Shown one piece after another: positions 10,479-18,732 of a stretch of 64,000 bases of DNA. Position 1 is the first letter of the stretch. Each line of letters starts with the position of its first letter. The position numbers were made by a program, and so were the translations under genes. The notes beneath the pieces are model-generated. The model was not told the DNA's origin and made no database searches. It saw only the letters and a list, made by a program, of their open reading frames with translations. Source of the stretch: an uncultured Cryptobacterium sp. (GTDB taxonomy: Bacteria > Actinomycetota > Coriobacteriia > Coriobacteriales > Eggerthellaceae); assembly GCA_958410215.1 (NCBI GenBank), contig CATYOF010000012.1:2238-66237 (forward strand), given 5' to 3'.

Positions 10479-11351
10479 TTACACTCCTTTATCCACATGA
10501 GGCCAAATAGTTTTATGTAGCTGCAATTGCAAGCGAACCGTTGAGAGCGCATGAGCTTCCATAAACGCCACAATATCAGCAGGATCAATACAGCTAAAAA
10601 CAGGGCTAAACAACACTTCACACTTAGAAGTAAGGTCGAATTCGCGAATGCGTGTAAGGGCAGCTTCTAAATCTTCCCTACCCGCAACCACAAACTTCAC
10701 CACGTCATCAGGTGTTAGAAGCTCGTAGTTGCTCTCAAGCATTTCGGCAAACATGCCACTGCTTGGAAGTTTACAATCAACCGTAAACGCAATCGTGGTT
10801 GGTATCGTTGCCCTTTCAGCCAAGGCCTGGCGAAGCTGATGCAACTGCATCAAATCAAGCGATCCATTTGTTTCGAGTTCCACCACACGCTTGGTTAAAC
10901 TATCGAAATTTGTAGCTACTGCAGTACGCTGAGTTTGCCCTTGGTCTTCGGAAAGAGCTGCTCGCAAAGCGCATCCAGGCGAATTGCTTGGTAAGCCACA
11001 TCCCCAATCAGGCGAAAGGACTAATGCCTCTACCAGCTTATCAAGACCTGGTTGCAATGCTGGTTCCCCACCAGTAAGCGTTACGCAAGAAACGCAGGTG
11101 CTTTTAACCCAAGAAACCAGATCTGAAACACGTAAGGTTTCGTGAGGACAAGAATCTTCATTCGCCCAAAAGGTATCGCACCAAGAACAGGCCAGATTGC
11201 AGCCAGCCATGCGAATGAAAGCCGCAAGACGTCCTGCCCGCAACCCTTCCCCATTAATGGAAACGAAACGCTCTACCACCGGAAAGGAAGGCCCTCCGTC
11301 ACGGTTGGTAGCAAGCGTTTCGTTAGAAAATTCTTCTTCAGTAAAGCTCAT
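10479..11351 (-). CDS. queE: 7-carboxy-7-deazaguanine synthase (radical SAM)
   Basis: FVSINGEG, CNLACSWCDT (CX3CX2C), LTGGEP, ETNGS, QLHK; start uncertain (11351 preferred, 11393 possible). Confidence 0.9.
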   Translation of the reverse strand: MSFTEEEFSNETLATNRDGGPSFPVVERFVSINGEGLRAGRLAAFIRMAGCNLACSWCDTFWANEDSCPHETLRVSDLVSWVKSTCVSCVTLTGGEPALQPGLDKLVEALVLSPDWGCGLPSNSPGCALRAALSEDQGQTQRTAVATNFDSLTKRVVELETNGSLDLMQLHQLRQALAERATIPTTIAFTVDCKLPSSGMFAEMLESNYELLTPDDVVKFVVAGREDLEAALTRIREFDLTSKCEVLFSPVFSCIDPADIVAFMEAHALSTVRLQLQLHKTIWPHVDKGV

Positions 11352-11380
11352 TGATGTTAACTCTCGCGCGTTTTGTATGC

Positions 11381-11803
11381 TTATTCCCCACAATAAATAG
11401 CACAGTTATTAGGGGTTTCATATACTTCAATTTCAGAAACCGGTAAACCAGCTTCTTCCAAACGACCATAAAAATAACGAGCTAAATTTTCTGCCGTCGT
11501 ACGAAACGGCATGATGGTTAGAACAAACCCTTCCTTTTCAAGGCAAGAAAGCGTTTCTGGCATGAGGGATCCTTCTTCAATGATAAACGAATGGTCTAAT
11601 TCTTCCGTTAACGCACGCAGTGCGTGTTTAAATTCACCAAAATCAATCACCATATCTTTATGGGTGCCTTCTTTACACAACTCTTCTTGGGAAAGATAGG
11701 CAACCACACGCCAACGATGACCATGAAGGTTTTCGCACTTACCATGATAATCCGTTAAAAAGTGAGCAGCATCAAAGCTACTTTCTGTTTTCAGTTTATA
11801 CAT
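11381..11803 (-). CDS. queD: 6-carboxytetrahydropterin synthase
   Basis: FDAAH, CENLHGHRW, LDH, TTAENLA, ETP. Confidence 0.93.
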   Translation of the reverse strand: MYKLKTESSFDAAHFLTDYHGKCENLHGHRWRVVAYLSQEELCKEGTHKDMVIDFGEFKHALRALTEELDHSFIIEEGSLMPETLSCLEKEGFVLTIMPFRTTAENLARYFYGRLEEAGLPVSEIEVYETPNNCAIYCGE

Positions 11804-11810
11804 AGCCGTT

Positions 11811-13031
11811 TTAAGCCATTACCCTTTCAATTCGTTCTACGCCTTCCTTGGTTGCCTCCGCGTCACCAAAAGCAGAAAGACGAATATATCCTTCACCAGA
11901 AGGACCAAAACCAGCTCCGGGTGTTGTAATTACCTGAGCTTTTTCCAACAACGTGTTGAATAAATCCCAAGAACCCATGCCATCGGGTGTTTTACACCAC
12001 ACATACGGACTATTTACGGCGCCAAACACCGTAAAACCGGCCCGTTCAAGTCCTTCTTTAATAACACGAGCATTAGTGCGATAGTAGTTAATGGTTTCTT
12101 CCACCTGTTTGGCTCCTTCAGGCGTATAAATTGCCGCAGCGCCGCGCTGGATGATATAGGAAGCGCCATTAAATTTAGTTGTTTGACGACGATTCCACAA
12201 CGCATTCAAACTTTGCCCATCACGCACTAAAGCCTTAGGAACGACAGTATACCCGCAACGAGCGCCCGTGAAACCAGCTGTTTTTGAAAATGATCGAAAT
12301 TCAATAGCACACGTTTCTGCACCCGCTACTTCATAAATAGAATGAGGAATTCCTTCTTCGGTGATAAAACGTTCATAGGCAGCGTCAAACATAATAAGCG
12401 CATCATGCTGGTTTGCATAATCAACCCATACCTGAAGCTGCTCTTTCGTTAACACCGTGCCCGTAGGATTATTGGGACTGCATAAATAGATTACATCAAC
12501 AGGCTTTTCAGGAAGCGCTGGAACAAAGCTGTTTTCCGCCGTAGTGGGCATGTAATAAATATTCGTCCACCCTTGCGATGCTTCATCATATTCGCCTGCA
12601 CGACCTGCCATAGCATTCGTATCAACATAGACCGGATACACCGGATCGCATACCGCAATTACGTTGTTCACTGAAAGAATATCGCCAATGTTGCCGCAGT
12701 CAGACTTTGCACCATCCGATACAAATATTTCGTCATCATCTATTGCAACACCACGTGCGCGAAAATCGTTTTCCGCAATGGCACTACGCAAAAAGTCATA
12801 GCCTTGTTCGGGACCATAACCATGGAAGGTTTCTATATGAGCCATATCATCCACTGCTTTATGCATTGCTTCCACAACCGCTGGAGCTAAGGGACGGGTA
12901 ACATCACCAATACCCATTTTAATAAGGTGAGCATCAGGATGCTTTTCTAGGTATGCCTGAGTTTTATGAGCGATATCGGAAAATAAATAACTACCAGGTA
13001 ATTTGGCATAATTTTCGTTGACGTGCGCCAC
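11811..13031 (-). CDS. dapL: LL-diaminopimelate aminotransferase
   Basis: SYLF, IGDVT, GYGPEQG, SDGAKSD, PNNPTG, SFSKTAGFTGARC, RRQTTKFNG; GGAGG SD. Confidence 0.95.
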   Translation of the reverse strand: MAHVNENYAKLPGSYLFSDIAHKTQAYLEKHPDAHLIKMGIGDVTRPLAPAVVEAMHKAVDDMAHIETFHGYGPEQGYDFLRSAIAENDFRARGVAIDDDEIFVSDGAKSDCGNIGDILSVNNVIAVCDPVYPVYVDTNAMAGRAGEYDEASQGWTNIYYMPTTAENSFVPALPEKPVDVIYLCSPNNPTGTVLTKEQLQVWVDYANQHDALIMFDAAYERFITEEGIPHSIYEVAGAETCAIEFRSFSKTAGFTGARCGYTVVPKALVRDGQSLNALWNRRQTTKFNGASYIIQRGAAAIYTPEGAKQVEETINYYRTNARVIKEGLERAGFTVFGAVNSPYVWCKTPDGMGSWDLFNTLLEKAQVITTPGAGFGPSGEGYIRLSAFGDAEATKEGVERIERVMA

Positions 13032-13200
13032 GAGATACCTCCTTGAAATGCCCTAAATCAGGCACTTTGACATCTTGCATTCACTTAACAGCATGGCACA
13101 TCTTTGTAACAAGAGCGTAAACGGATAAAAGTGGCAAACCTCATGCACCGCCGCACTACCAAAACTGTAGGATTTACGACCTGCCACTTTAGAACCGTTG

Positions 13201-13620
13201 TTATAAATCAATGATGCTGTTGCCCGTTACCGCTACATTCACTGTGGCTTTAACCGCAAGTTCCCCATCAGGTCGACGGATTTCCACTTCAGTAACCACT
13301 GTGCGTCTTCCTGCTTTAAGAACGGTACCAATTGCATCTATATAGGCATCATCAACACGCACAGGACGCAAATAATGTGCATTCACCGACATGGTAGCGT
13401 TTTCCCTCCCTAGGGTATCGACCGCACCCGTGCCTGCAATATCCACCAAAGCAAGTAAGAAGCCTCCGTGGATAGTACCAATATTATTACCGCAGTCTGG
13501 ACCGGGATACGCCCTTAAGACAAAACGTCCCTCTTCAACTTCGTGCAGCTCACAACGATCAAACCCACGAATATCCACTACATCTTCTTCGCAGTAAGCT
13601 AAGATTTTTGGATGAAGCAT
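13201..13620 (-). CDS. PaaI family (hotdog) thioesterase
   Basis: N..GTIHGG..L.D, YLRP, AGRR motifs; GAAAGGA SD before ATG 13620. Confidence 0.85.
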   Translation of the reverse strand: MLHPKILAYCEEDVVDIRGFDRCELHEVEEGRFVLRAYPGPDCGNNIGTIHGGFLLALVDIAGTGAVDTLGRENATMSVNAHYLRPVRVDDAYIDAIGTVLKAGRRTVVTEVEIRRPDGELAVKATVNVAVTGNSIIDL

Positions 13621-13754
13621 GCTGGTTCCTTTCCCCGGCACGACACCTTTACAAAACATGATACCGTATACCTTGAAGAGGTGCTTCTTGCTCATTGGGC
13701 AAAACAATCGCATAGTTCGCTCGGCGAATCGAAGGATAGAAGAAAAAGGATGTT

Positions 13755-14201
13755 ATGAGAGCATTAATTCAACGAGTATCCAATGCATCAGTATCAAGCG
13801 ATAACAAAGAAACCCAGAACATAGCTCAGGGCTTGGTGGTGTTGTTAGGCGTCGGTCCTCAAGATGACACCACTACCGCTGAAAAACTGATGAACAAAAT
13901 AAGTAAGCTGCGCATTTTTGAAGATGAAAACGGTAAAACGAACCTGTCTATTCAAGATATCCAAGGAAGCATTTTGCTAGTTTCGCAGTTCACCTTATAT
14001 GCGGATTGCCGCAAGGGTAACAGACCGTCATTCACTAAAGGAGCTCACCCAGAACAAGCCAATACGCTTTATGCTTACTGCGCTGAATACACTAAACAAT
14101 TAGGTATTCCCGTGAAAACTGGGTGGTTTGGCGCAATGATGAGCGTAGAATTAACCAATGAGGGACCCTTTACTATCTGGCTCGATACGGATGAACTCTA
14201 A
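13755..14201 (+). CDS. dtd: D-aminoacyl-tRNA deacylase
   Basis: MRALIQRV, LRIF, SQFTL, GNRPSF, NEGP(F)T. Confidence 0.95.
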   Translation: MRALIQRVSNASVSSDNKETQNIAQGLVVLLGVGPQDDTTTAEKLMNKISKLRIFEDENGKTNLSIQDIQGSILLVSQFTLYADCRKGNRPSFTKGAHPEQANTLYAYCAEYTKQLGIPVKTGWFGAMMSVELTNEGPFTIWLDTDEL

Positions 14202-14312
14202 AACTACAAAATGCATCTTTGCTGTATGGTACATCCCTAACATTCGGTAACATCCCCGACATACGGCGCGAAGCACGGCACTGGTTAATCTGATATGTGA
14301 AAGGAATTGGTA

Positions 14313-15473
14313 ATGACCACATACGAAGATATTATCGAACTTGGTGTTTATGATACTGAAACCAAACTTTTCGAAGGGCAGTTCCCCATTCCTGAAGGCA
14401 TTACCTACAATTCCTATGCAATTTGCGATGAAAAAGTAGCCATTATGGATTCGGTGGATGTGCGCTTTGCAGACCAGTGGCTTGCCAACCTTAAAGCTGC
14501 TCTTGAAGGAAAAGAGCCCGACTATTTAATCATCCAACACATGGAACCTGATCATTCGGGCAGTATTGCACGGTTTTTACAAGCCTATCCTCACACTACC
14601 CTAGTGGGTAACGCTAAAACTTTTACCATGCTGGAAAACTTCTTTGGATCTGCTTTTTCTGAAAACCAGCTTGTTGTTAAAAATGGAGACGAATTATCAC
14701 TTGGCAACCACACCTTAACTTTTGTGTTTGCTCCGATGGTTCACTGGCCAGAAGTTATGATGACCTACGATTCAGCCACAAAAGTTTTATTTAGCGCTGA
14801 TGCTTTTGGTACCTTCGGTCCCGCTAAGATTGACAGACCTTGGATTGATGAAGCACGCCGTTATTACTTTGGCATTGTGGCTCCCTATGGCAAGCAAGTT
14901 CAAGCCCTGTTTAAGAAACTCACCGCCTACGATATTACCGCACTGTTCCCCTTACATGGTCCAGTGCTTACTGGCAATATTGAGCCCTATAAAAATGCTT
15001 ATAAAACCTGGGCTAGCTATGCACCCGAAAAGACAGGTGTCACCTTGGTATATTCTTCTGTCTATGGGCACACCAAACAGGCCGTAGAAACCCTTGCCTC
15101 AATGCTAGAAGAAAAAAATTGCTCCGTTGAACAATTCGATCTTTCTCGTTGTGTTGAATCCGAAGCAGTCGCTGCCGCTTTTTGCTACGACACCCTTGTG
15201 TGTGCTTCTGTAACCTACAACGGTTCAGCTTTCCCCGCTATGAAAACATTCTTAGAAGCACTCGTTGAAAAGAAATATCAAAACCGCAAAGTAGCCTTTA
15301 TTCAAAACGGATCATGGGCCCCTATGGCAACAAAAACTATGAAGGAAATTTTGGAAGGCTGCAAAGATCTTACATTCGTAGAACCAGAAATCACGATTAC
15401 AGGCGCTCTGAATGATGAAACAAACAAAGAACTAAAAGAGTTAGCCCACGTCCTTACTGAAAGCAAGGACTAA
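14313..15473 (+). CDS. fprA: FprA family flavodiiron protein (MBL plus flavodoxin domains)
   Basis: LFEGQF, GITYNSY, HMEPDH, HWPE, DAFG, PLHG, YSSVYGHT. Confidence 0.88.
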   Translation: MTTYEDIIELGVYDTETKLFEGQFPIPEGITYNSYAICDEKVAIMDSVDVRFADQWLANLKAALEGKEPDYLIIQHMEPDHSGSIARFLQAYPHTTLVGNAKTFTMLENFFGSAFSENQLVVKNGDELSLGNHTLTFVFAPMVHWPEVMMTYDSATKVLFSADAFGTFGPAKIDRPWIDEARRYYFGIVAPYGKQVQALFKKLTAYDITALFPLHGPVLTGNIEPYKNAYKTWASYAPEKTGVTLVYSSVYGHTKQAVETLASMLEEKNCSVEQFDLSRCVESEAVAAAFCYDTLVCASVTYNGSAFPAMKTFLEALVEKKYQNRKVAFIQNGSWAPMATKTMKEILEGCKDLTFVEPEITITGALNDETNKELKELAHVLTESKD

Positions 15474-15487
15474 CACCTATCAAGAAT

Positions 15488-15982
15488 ATGAAGAAACCAC
15501 CAGCAAAGACTAGTTTCGCGGCAACCACGCTTTCCACGGCATCTACGCCATGGAGGTATGCACCATGGATAACGCGAATTATCTTTGCGGTGGTTTTTTT
15601 CCTTAATATTCAGTGCGCATTGCAATTCATTATTACACCCAATGCTTATCTGAATGCCTATGAATTAAGCGGAGCTTCTGGCACCGTTGCAATTCAAGGA
15701 CTTGGGGTTGCTTTTCTGATGTGGAACACTACCTACCCGTTATATCTCGTTCAACCCACAAAATACCGGTTCTTGGGCATAATAATTCTTGTTCAACAAG
15801 CAATTGGCCTTATAGGAGAAAGTATCATTCTGCTTTCGTTACCCCTTGGACACGAGATGCTTGCTGGTAGTATTATTCGCTTCATCTGTTTTGATGCCAT
15901 AGGCCTTATAGCAATGAGTGCAACATACCTTTTCCTGTATGCCGCACTCAAACGATCTAAGAAGCCGCGCATGAAACCCTAG
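15488..15982 (+). CDS. Hypothetical 4-TM membrane protein
   Basis: Four hydrophobic segments; 14 nt downstream of fprA on the same strand. Confidence 0.7.
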   Translation: MKKPPAKTSFAATTLSTASTPWRYAPWITRIIFAVVFFLNIQCALQFIITPNAYLNAYELSGASGTVAIQGLGVAFLMWNTTYPLYLVQPTKYRFLGIIILVQQAIGLIGESIILLSLPLGHEMLAGSIIRFICFDAIGLIAMSATYLFLYAALKRSKKPRMKP

Positions 15983-15993
15983 GTGTTCTTTTC

Positions 15994-16845
15994 TTATTTT
16001 GTTTTCTTATGATAGGCAACCCAGTACGCCATACCAACAAAGAGTGCACCGCCCACAATGTTACCCGGCACCGTAGCACTCCAATTCCACAGAGCGCCAC
16101 CCCAGGTAAGCACCGAAGGATCAATACCCGCAGGAACAATACCTACCGAGGTAAGCAAAATACCCATAGGCAAGAAGAACATGTTCGCAACACAGTGCTC
16201 AAATCCACAAGCAACAAAGGCAGCAATGGGAAGCAAGATGCCCAGCATTTTATCAGCCACTGTTTTGCCTGCGTACCCAATCCAAACGGCTAAGCAAACT
16301 AAAAAGTTACACATAATTCCCTTGGCAAAAAGGGTTAACCAGTCAGGCGTCATCTTACCTGAAGCAACACTTACCATGGTTTGACCAACAATGCCTCCAT
16401 TCATTGACTGCATCCCCGAAAGATAGACCAAGCCCACAATAATAAGCGCTCCCACAAAATTGCCCACGAATACTACGATCCAGTTCTTCAGCACCGCGCC
16501 CCAGCTAATCTTTTTACTGGCAGCACTCATGACAATCATCGTATTACCCGTAAATAATTCTGCACCGCATACAATTACCAAAAGCAGGCCCAATGAGAAC
16601 AAAGCGCCGCCTAACACACGCTGAACGGCAAAAGGTAAATCCGGATCCCCTGAAACCAGCAGAAAGAACATGGCGCCCATGGCAATAAAAGCGCCCGCCA
16701 TAATTGAAAGCATAAAAGACTGAGTAAAACTCATTGATGTCTTAGTAACACCAAGCCCTTCCGCTTTTGCTTCAATTTCTGCAGGAGCAAGTGCATCACT
16801 TTTTGGCAAGCTTGGCAAAACATCTTTGAGCTCTTCTAATGACAT
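15994..16845 (-). CDS. Formate/nitrite transporter (FNT) family channel
   Basis: AGAFIA, GAELFTGN, GIMCNFLVCLAVW, FEHCVANM, GNIVGG. Confidence 0.93.
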   Translation of the reverse strand: MSLEELKDVLPSLPKSDALAPAEIEAKAEGLGVTKTSMSFTQSFMLSIMAGAFIAMGAMFFLLVSGDPDLPFAVQRVLGGALFSLGLLLVIVCGAELFTGNTMIVMSAASKKISWGAVLKNWIVVFVGNFVGALIIVGLVYLSGMQSMNGGIVGQTMVSVASGKMTPDWLTLFAKGIMCNFLVCLAVWIGYAGKTVADKMLGILLPIAAFVACGFEHCVANMFFLPMGILLTSVGIVPAGIDPSVLTWGGALWNWSATVPGNIVGGALFVGMAYWVAYHKKTK

Positions 16846-16909
16846 ACCATCACCTTATCCTTTACAAAGAGCGGCATCTTTGACCCTTTCCTAACCACAC
16901 CGAACCTTA

Positions 16910-16956
16910 CCACAATACGTTGTGGAATTACCGGTACGCATGCCCAGTGGTTGTGG
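16910..16956. promoter_or_regulatory. Palindrome CCACAA-N4-TTGTGG plus a weaker copy 31 bp away, upstream of the FNT gene
   Basis: 16910-16925 CCACAATACGTTGTGG; 16941-16956 TGCCCAGTGGTTGTGG; overlaps a minus-strand TGG-TAAGGT extended -10 candidate. Confidence 0.35.
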
Positions 16957-17088
16957 ATACCTCTGTATTGGTAAAACGTTTCAATATGAATTTATTACGC
17001 AAGTTGCCTAACCGCCATTCCTTAAGGACAAGAATAGTTAGACTATCGAATAGTTTGTTTGTCAAATTAATTTAGGTAAGGAGAATCT

Positions 17089-17553
17089 TTGTACGAAGTC
17101 CGCACTTCAGGGCGTGGTCAGGTAAACAAACACACCCATCCTAAACGATCGCTCTGGAAACGCTTTTACGTTTCGCTGCTTCTCTTGCTTTTGCCTTTTC
17201 TGCTGAAAGTATTTCGTCTTTCAAAAAAAGTACGTAACGAAGGAATATATGTAGGCGAAGGTTTTGTCTTACGTTTAACCATTACCGGTTTTTCTCATAG
17301 TCGCACCCTGCGATATGGGCACCATACTTGGCATGGTGTCTCAGAAGACACCAAACCTGGCCTTACTATTGCCTTTCGCGATTTGGACTATGCCTACGAT
17401 ATTTTCTCTGGCGGCATTACTTTAAAGGAAGGTTTATCTGCTCGTCTTTTTACCACCCATGGTCCTAACGACAAAGGCGTTGCCATTACCTATTTGTTTA
17501 CCGTTATCCTTAAAACCTTTTTCTTCTGGCGCTCAGCATATCGGAGGTCTTAA
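17089..17553 (+). CDS. Hypothetical protein, possibly SCP2-like lipid-binding fold
   Basis: AAGGAG SD with TTG start; abuts the ADH start; fold call is a pattern-level guess from the beta-beta-helix C-terminal part. Confidence 0.65.
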   Translation: MYEVRTSGRGQVNKHTHPKRSLWKRFYVSLLLLLLPFLLKVFRLSKKVRNEGIYVGEGFVLRLTITGFSHSRTLRYGHHTWHGVSEDTKPGLTIAFRDLDYAYDIFSGGITLKEGLSARLFTTHGPNDKGVAITYLFTVILKTFFFWRSAYRRS

Positions 17554-18732
17554 ATGAATGCATTTGAATTTCACTGCCCCACTAAAATAATTTGCGGTAA
17601 AAATGCCTTACACAAATTGCCCGTTAAAATGGCAGACCGCAATGTAACTAAACCACTTATTGTTACCGACGAAAACTTGGTAAAGCTTGGTATTGCAGAA
17701 CATGTATTTTCACCTTTAAAGGAAGCTGACATTCCTTACGTAGTTTACGACCAAGTTCCCCCCGATTCTTCCTTAACCGTAGTCAATGAAGTTGCTGAAC
17801 TCTATCGCACGCAAGGTTGCGATGGCTGGATAGCACTTGGTGGTGGATCTGCTATCGATACGGCAAAAGGCGCTGCCGCAGCGGTTTCCGTAGGCGAAAA
17901 AGACTTCACGGAACTACAGGGCTCCGAAATTCTTCAGGATGATCTTGATACCCTTATCGCTATCCCCACCACCGCGGGTACCGGATCGGAAGTTACGCTG
18001 GTAGCCGTAGTTGCAGATACACAGGCACATGCAAAGTTAAGTTATACCTCCTACCGCCTTGTGCCCCACCTAGCATTTTTAGACCCGCAACTTACCGCTT
18101 CACTTCCGCCAAAGCTAACCGCAACCACCGGCATTGATGCGCTTACCCATGCTATTGAAGCTTATACTTCTATTCAGAAAAATCCTATTAGCGATGCTTT
18201 AGCAGTACAAGCAATTCGCTTAATTACTGAAAATCTTGCTCATTCATGCGCCGAACCAAACGATTTAGACGCACGCACCAACTTAGCACTGGGAAGTTTA
18301 CTTGCCGGCGCATCGTTTTCTAACGCCATGGTTGGCATCGTACATGCTATCGGTCATTCATTGGGCGGCTTATGCCACATTCCACACGGTCAAGCTATGA
18401 TGCTGCTTTTGCCGCATTGCGTCCATTTCAACCGTGCTCATGGCTATCACAAAGGCTTATACGGAGAATTGTTAGCAGCTCTTCGCCCTGATTTAGATAC
18501 AGCTCGCCTTTCTGCAGACGAAAAAGATGCCCTGTTTGAAACCGAGCTGTTCACCATGAATGATTTTTATCATCGCGAATACGGCGTACCTACCCGCTTG
18601 TCTGAGCTGCGTGTAACCAAAGATCAACTACCTGCCGTAGCAAAACAAGCACGCTACGATGGCGCTGCATTGTACAACAAGCAAGAAATCACTGAAGACG
18701 TTGCCCTTGAAATTCTGGAGGCTGCACTGTAA
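17554..18732 (+). CDS. Iron-containing alcohol dehydrogenase
   Basis: GGGSAIDTAK, PTTAGTGSEVT, DALTHAIE, HAIGH, PHG metal ligands. Confidence 0.92.
   Translation: MNAFEFHCPTKIICGKNALHKLPVKMADRNVTKPLIVTDENLVKLGIAEHVFSPLKEADIPYVVYDQVPPDSSLTVVNEVAELYRTQGCDGWIALGGGSAIDTAKGAAAAVSVGEKDFTELQGSEILQDDLDTLIAIPTTAGTGSEVTLVAVVADTQAHAKLSYTSYRLVPHLAFLDPQLTASLPPKLTATTGIDALTHAIEAYTSIQKNPISDALAVQAIRLITENLAHSCAEPNDLDARTNLALGSLLAGASFSNAMVGIVHAIGHSLGGLCHIPHGQAMMLLLPHCVHFNRAHGYHKGLYGELLAALRPDLDTARLSADEKDALFETELFTMNDFYHREYGVPTRLSELRVTKDQLPAVAKQARYDGAALYNKQEITEDVALEILEAAL

Noticed and set aside
9247..11803. que genes as a 7-deazaguanine DNA-modification (dpd) or phage-defence system
   Set aside because: QueF is present (route to preQ1 for tRNA), no dpdA/tgt-like or nuclease genes are adjacent, and the context is housekeeping
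13128..13190. Stem AAAGTGGCA/TGCCACTTT upstream of dapL as a lysine or preQ1 riboswitch
   Set aside because: Too short and lacks the conserved aptamer motifs; more simply the terminator of the PaaI gene
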